In this document: positions 60,701 to 64,000 of the stretch, piece after piece
Layout: each line of letters starts with the position of its first letter
Position numbering within the stretch: position 1 is the stretch's first letter
DNA from: Balanoglossus misakiensis
Lineage: Eukaryota; Animalia; Hemichordata
Direction: 5' to 3'
DNA: 64,000 nucleotides
NCBI GenBank assembly: GCA_040954595.2
Contig: CM082591.2
Span: 1,587,745 to 1,651,744, forward strand
Translations under genes and position numbers: made by a program
Notes under the pieces: generated by a model
Databases searched by the model: none
What the model saw: only the letters and a program-made list of their open reading frames with translations
Told to the model about the DNA's origin: nothing

Positions 60701-63700
60701 ATCATGGGTTATAGCTCAGGAAAATCGTCAAAAATCGAGGATTTTTCGACTTTGCGAACTTTCGAAATTTGGTCATTTTTTGAAAAAATCATGGGTTTAT
60801 AGCTCAGGAAAATCGTCAAAAATCGAGGATTTTTCGACTTTGCGAACTTTCGAAATTTGGTCATTTTTTTGAAAAAATCATGGGTTATAGCTCAGGAAAA
60901 TCGTCAAAAATCGAGGATTTTTCGACTTTGCGAACTTTCGAAATTTGGTCATTTTTTGAAAAAATCATGGGTTATAGCTCAGGAAATCGCCAAAAATCGA
61001 GGATTTTTCGACTTTGCGAACTTTCGAAATTTGGTCATTTTTAAAAAAATCATGGGTTATAGCTCAGGAAAATCGCCAAAAATCGAGGATTTTTCGACTT
61101 TGCGAACTTTCGAAATTTGGTCATTTTTTGAAAAAATCATGGGTTATAGCTCAGGAAAATCGCCAAAAATCGAGGATTTTTCGACTTTGCGAACTTTCGA
61201 AATTTGGTCATTTTTTGAAAAAATCATGGGTTATAGCTCAGGAAAATCGCCAAAAATCGAGGATTTTTCGACTTTGCGAACTTTCGAAATTTGGTCATTT
61301 TTTGAAAAAATCATGGGTTATAGCTCAGGAAAATCGCCAAAAATCGAGGATTTTTCGACTTTGCGAACTTTCGAAATTTGGTCATTTTTTGAAAAAATCA
61401 TGGGTTATAGCTCAGGAAAATCGCCAAAAATCGAGGATTTTTCGACTTTGCGAACTTTCGAAATTTGGTCATTTTTTGAAAAAATCATGGGTTATAGCTC
61501 AGGAAAATCGTCAAAAATCGAGGAATTTTCGACTTTGCGAACTTTCGAAATTTGGTCATTTTTTGAAAAAATCATGGGTTATAGCTCAGGAAAATCGTCA
61601 AAAATCGAGGATTTTTCGACTTTGCGAACTTTCGAAATTTGGTCATTTTTTGAAAAATCATGGGTTATAGCTCAGGAAAATCGTCAAAAATCGAGGATTT
61701 TTCGACTTTGCGAACTTTCGAAATTTGGTCATTTTTTGAAAAAATCATGGGTTATAGCTCAGGAAAATCGTCAAAAATCGAGGATTTTTCGACTTTGCGA
61801 ACTTTCGAAATTTGGTCATTTTTTGAAAAAATCATGGGTTATAGCTCAGGAAAATCGTCAAAAATCGAGGATTTTTCGACTTTGCGAACTTTCGAAATTT
61901 GGTCATTTTTTGAAAAAATCATGGGTTATAGCTCAGGAAAATCGTCAAAAATCGAGGATTTTTCGACTTTGCGAACTTTCGAAATTTGGTCATTTTTTGA
62001 AAAAATCATGGGTTATAGCTCAGGAAAATCGCCAAAAATCGAGGATTTTTCGACTTTGCGAACTTTCGAAATTTGGTCATTTTTTGAAAAAATCATGGGT
62101 TATAGCTCAGGAAAATCGCCAAAAATCGAGGATTTTTCGACTTTGCGAACTTTCGAAATTTGGTCATTTTTTGAAAAAATCATGGGTTATAGCTCAGGAA
62201 AATCGCCAAAAATCGAGGATTTTTCGACTTTGCGAACTTTCGAAATTTGGTCATTTTTTGAAAAAATCATGGGTTATAGCTCAGGAAAATCGCCAAAAAT
62301 CGAGGATTTTTCGACTTTGCGAACTTTCGAAATTTGGTCATTTTTTGAAAAAATCATGGGTTATAGCTCAGGAAAATCGCCAAAAATCGAGGATTTTTCG
62401 ACTTTGCGAACTTTCGAAATTTGGTCATTTTTTGAAAAAATCATGGGTTATAGCTCAGGAAAATCGCCAAAAATCGAGGATTTTTCGACTTTGCGAACTT
62501 TCGAAATTTGGTCATTTTTTGAAAAAATCATGGGTTATAGCTCAGGAAAATCGTCAAAAATCGAGGATTTTTCGACTTTGCGAACTTTCGAAATTTGGTC
62601 ATTTTTTGAAAAAATCATGGGTTATAGCTCAGGAAAATCGTCAAAAATCGAGGATTTTTCGACTTTGCGAACTTTCGAAATTTGGTCATTTTTTGAAAAA
62701 ATCATGGGTTATAGCTCAGGAAAATCGTCAAAAATCGAGGATTTTTCGACTTTGCGAACTTTCGAAATTTGGTCATTTTTTGAGAAAATCATGGGTTATA
62801 GCTCAGGAAAATCGTCAAAAATCGAGGATTTTTCGACTTTGCGAACTTTCGAAATTTGGTCATTTTTTGAGAAAATCATGGGTTATAGCTCAGGAAAATC
62901 GTCAAAAATCGAGGATTTTTCGACTTTGCGAACTTTCGAAATTTGGTCATTTTTTGAGAAAATCATGGGTTATAGCTCAGGAAAATCGTCAAAAATCGAG
63001 GATTTTTCGACTTTGCGAACTTTCGAAATTTGGTCATTTTTTGAAAAAATCATGGGTTATAGCTCAGGAAAATCGTCAAAAATCGAGGATTTTTCGACTT
63101 TGCGAACTTTCGAAATTTGGTCATTTTTTGAAAAAATCATGGGTTATAGCTCAGGAAAATCGTCAAAAATCGAGGATTTTTCGACTTTGCGAACTTTCGA
63201 AATTTGGTCATTTTTTGAAAAAATCATGGGTTATAGCTCAGGAAAATCGTCAAAAATCGAGGATTTTTCGACTTTGCGAACTTTCGAAATTTGGTCATTT
63301 TTTGAAAAAATCATGGGTTATAGCTCAGGAAAATCGTCAAAAATCGAGGATTTTTCGACTTTGCGAACTTTCGAAATTTGGTCATTTTTTGAAAAAATCA
63401 TGGGTTATAGCTCAGGAAAATCGTCAAAAATCGAGGATTTTTCGACTTTGCGAACTTTCGAAATTTGGTCATTTTTTGAAAAAATCATGGGTTATAGCTC
63501 AGGAAAATCGTCAAAAATCGAGGATTTTTCGACTTTGCGAACTTTCGAAATTTGGTCATTTTTTGAGAAAATCATGGGTTATAGCTCAGGAAAATCGTCA
63601 AAAATCGAGGATTTTTCGACTTTGCGAACTTTCGAAATTTGGTCATTTTTTGAGAAAATCATGGGTTATAGCTCAGGAAAATCGTCAAAAATCGAGGATT

Positions 63701-64000
63701 TTTCGACTTTGCGAACTTTCGAAATTTGGTCATTTTTTGAAAAAATCATGGGTTATAGCTCAGGAAAATCGTCAAAAATCGAGGATTTTTCGACTTTGCG
63801 AACTTTCGAAATTTGGTCATTTTTTGAAAAAATCATGGGTTATAGCTCAGGAAAATCGTCAAAAATCGAGGATTTTTCGACTTTGCGAACTTTCGAAATT
63901 TGGTCATTTTTTGAAAAAATCATGGGTTATAGCTCAGGAAAATCGTCAAAAATCGAGGATTTTTCGACTTTGCGAACTTTCGAAATTTGGTCATTTTTTG
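51773..64000 (+). repeat. 87-bp satellite, forward arm, ~140 near-identical monomers, running off the window end
   Basis: Monomer aaaaaatcatgggttatagctcaggaaaatcgtcaaaaatcgaggatttttcgactttgcgaactttcgaaatttggtcattttttg; the ORF track shows the matching 29-aa periodicity. Confidence 0.98.

Noticed and set aside
50590-61670. Long ORFs (up to 909 aa) with 29-aa repeats such as IMGYSSGKSSKIEDFSTLRTFEIWSFFEK
   Set aside because: These are by-products of an 87-bp (multiple of 3) monomer lacking stops in two frames. Homopolymer indels switch frames freely, and the same peptide appears on both strands because of the inversion.
50430-64000. CRISPR array, telomeric repeat or CENP-B box
   Set aside because: There are no unique spacers and no cas genes, and the context is eukaryotic. 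There is no TTAGGG array (only one gggtta per monomer), and TTCG is not followed by the A..CGGG of a CENP-B box.

Overview
AT-rich, intron-containing animal genomic DNA. An invertebrate such as a hemichordate or another deuterostome is likely, but this is inference. Four parts: (1) 155-1743, the last five coding exons of importin-7 (+). (2) 3063-39883, three head-to-tail copies (13.8, 13.6 and 9.4 kb) of a lineage-specific minus-strand gene that I spliced by hand. It encodes 2-3 tandem copies of an isolated glycosyltransferase N-lobe, a degenerate GT-B/GT4-like domain, a TRADD-N-like domain, an unknown domain, a coiled coil, a spacer built from repeated 63-nt exons, and a C-terminal NHL beta-propeller. 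Between paralogs the propeller differs mostly at its predicted ligand-binding loops, so this looks like a diversifying innate-immune receptor family. (3) 42436-48292, a 12-exon DENND2/ST5-like Rab GEF (+). (4) ~50430-64000, an 87-bp satellite with a degenerate edge and an internal orientation switch at ~51770. All domain assignments come from motif recognition by eye; no searches were run.
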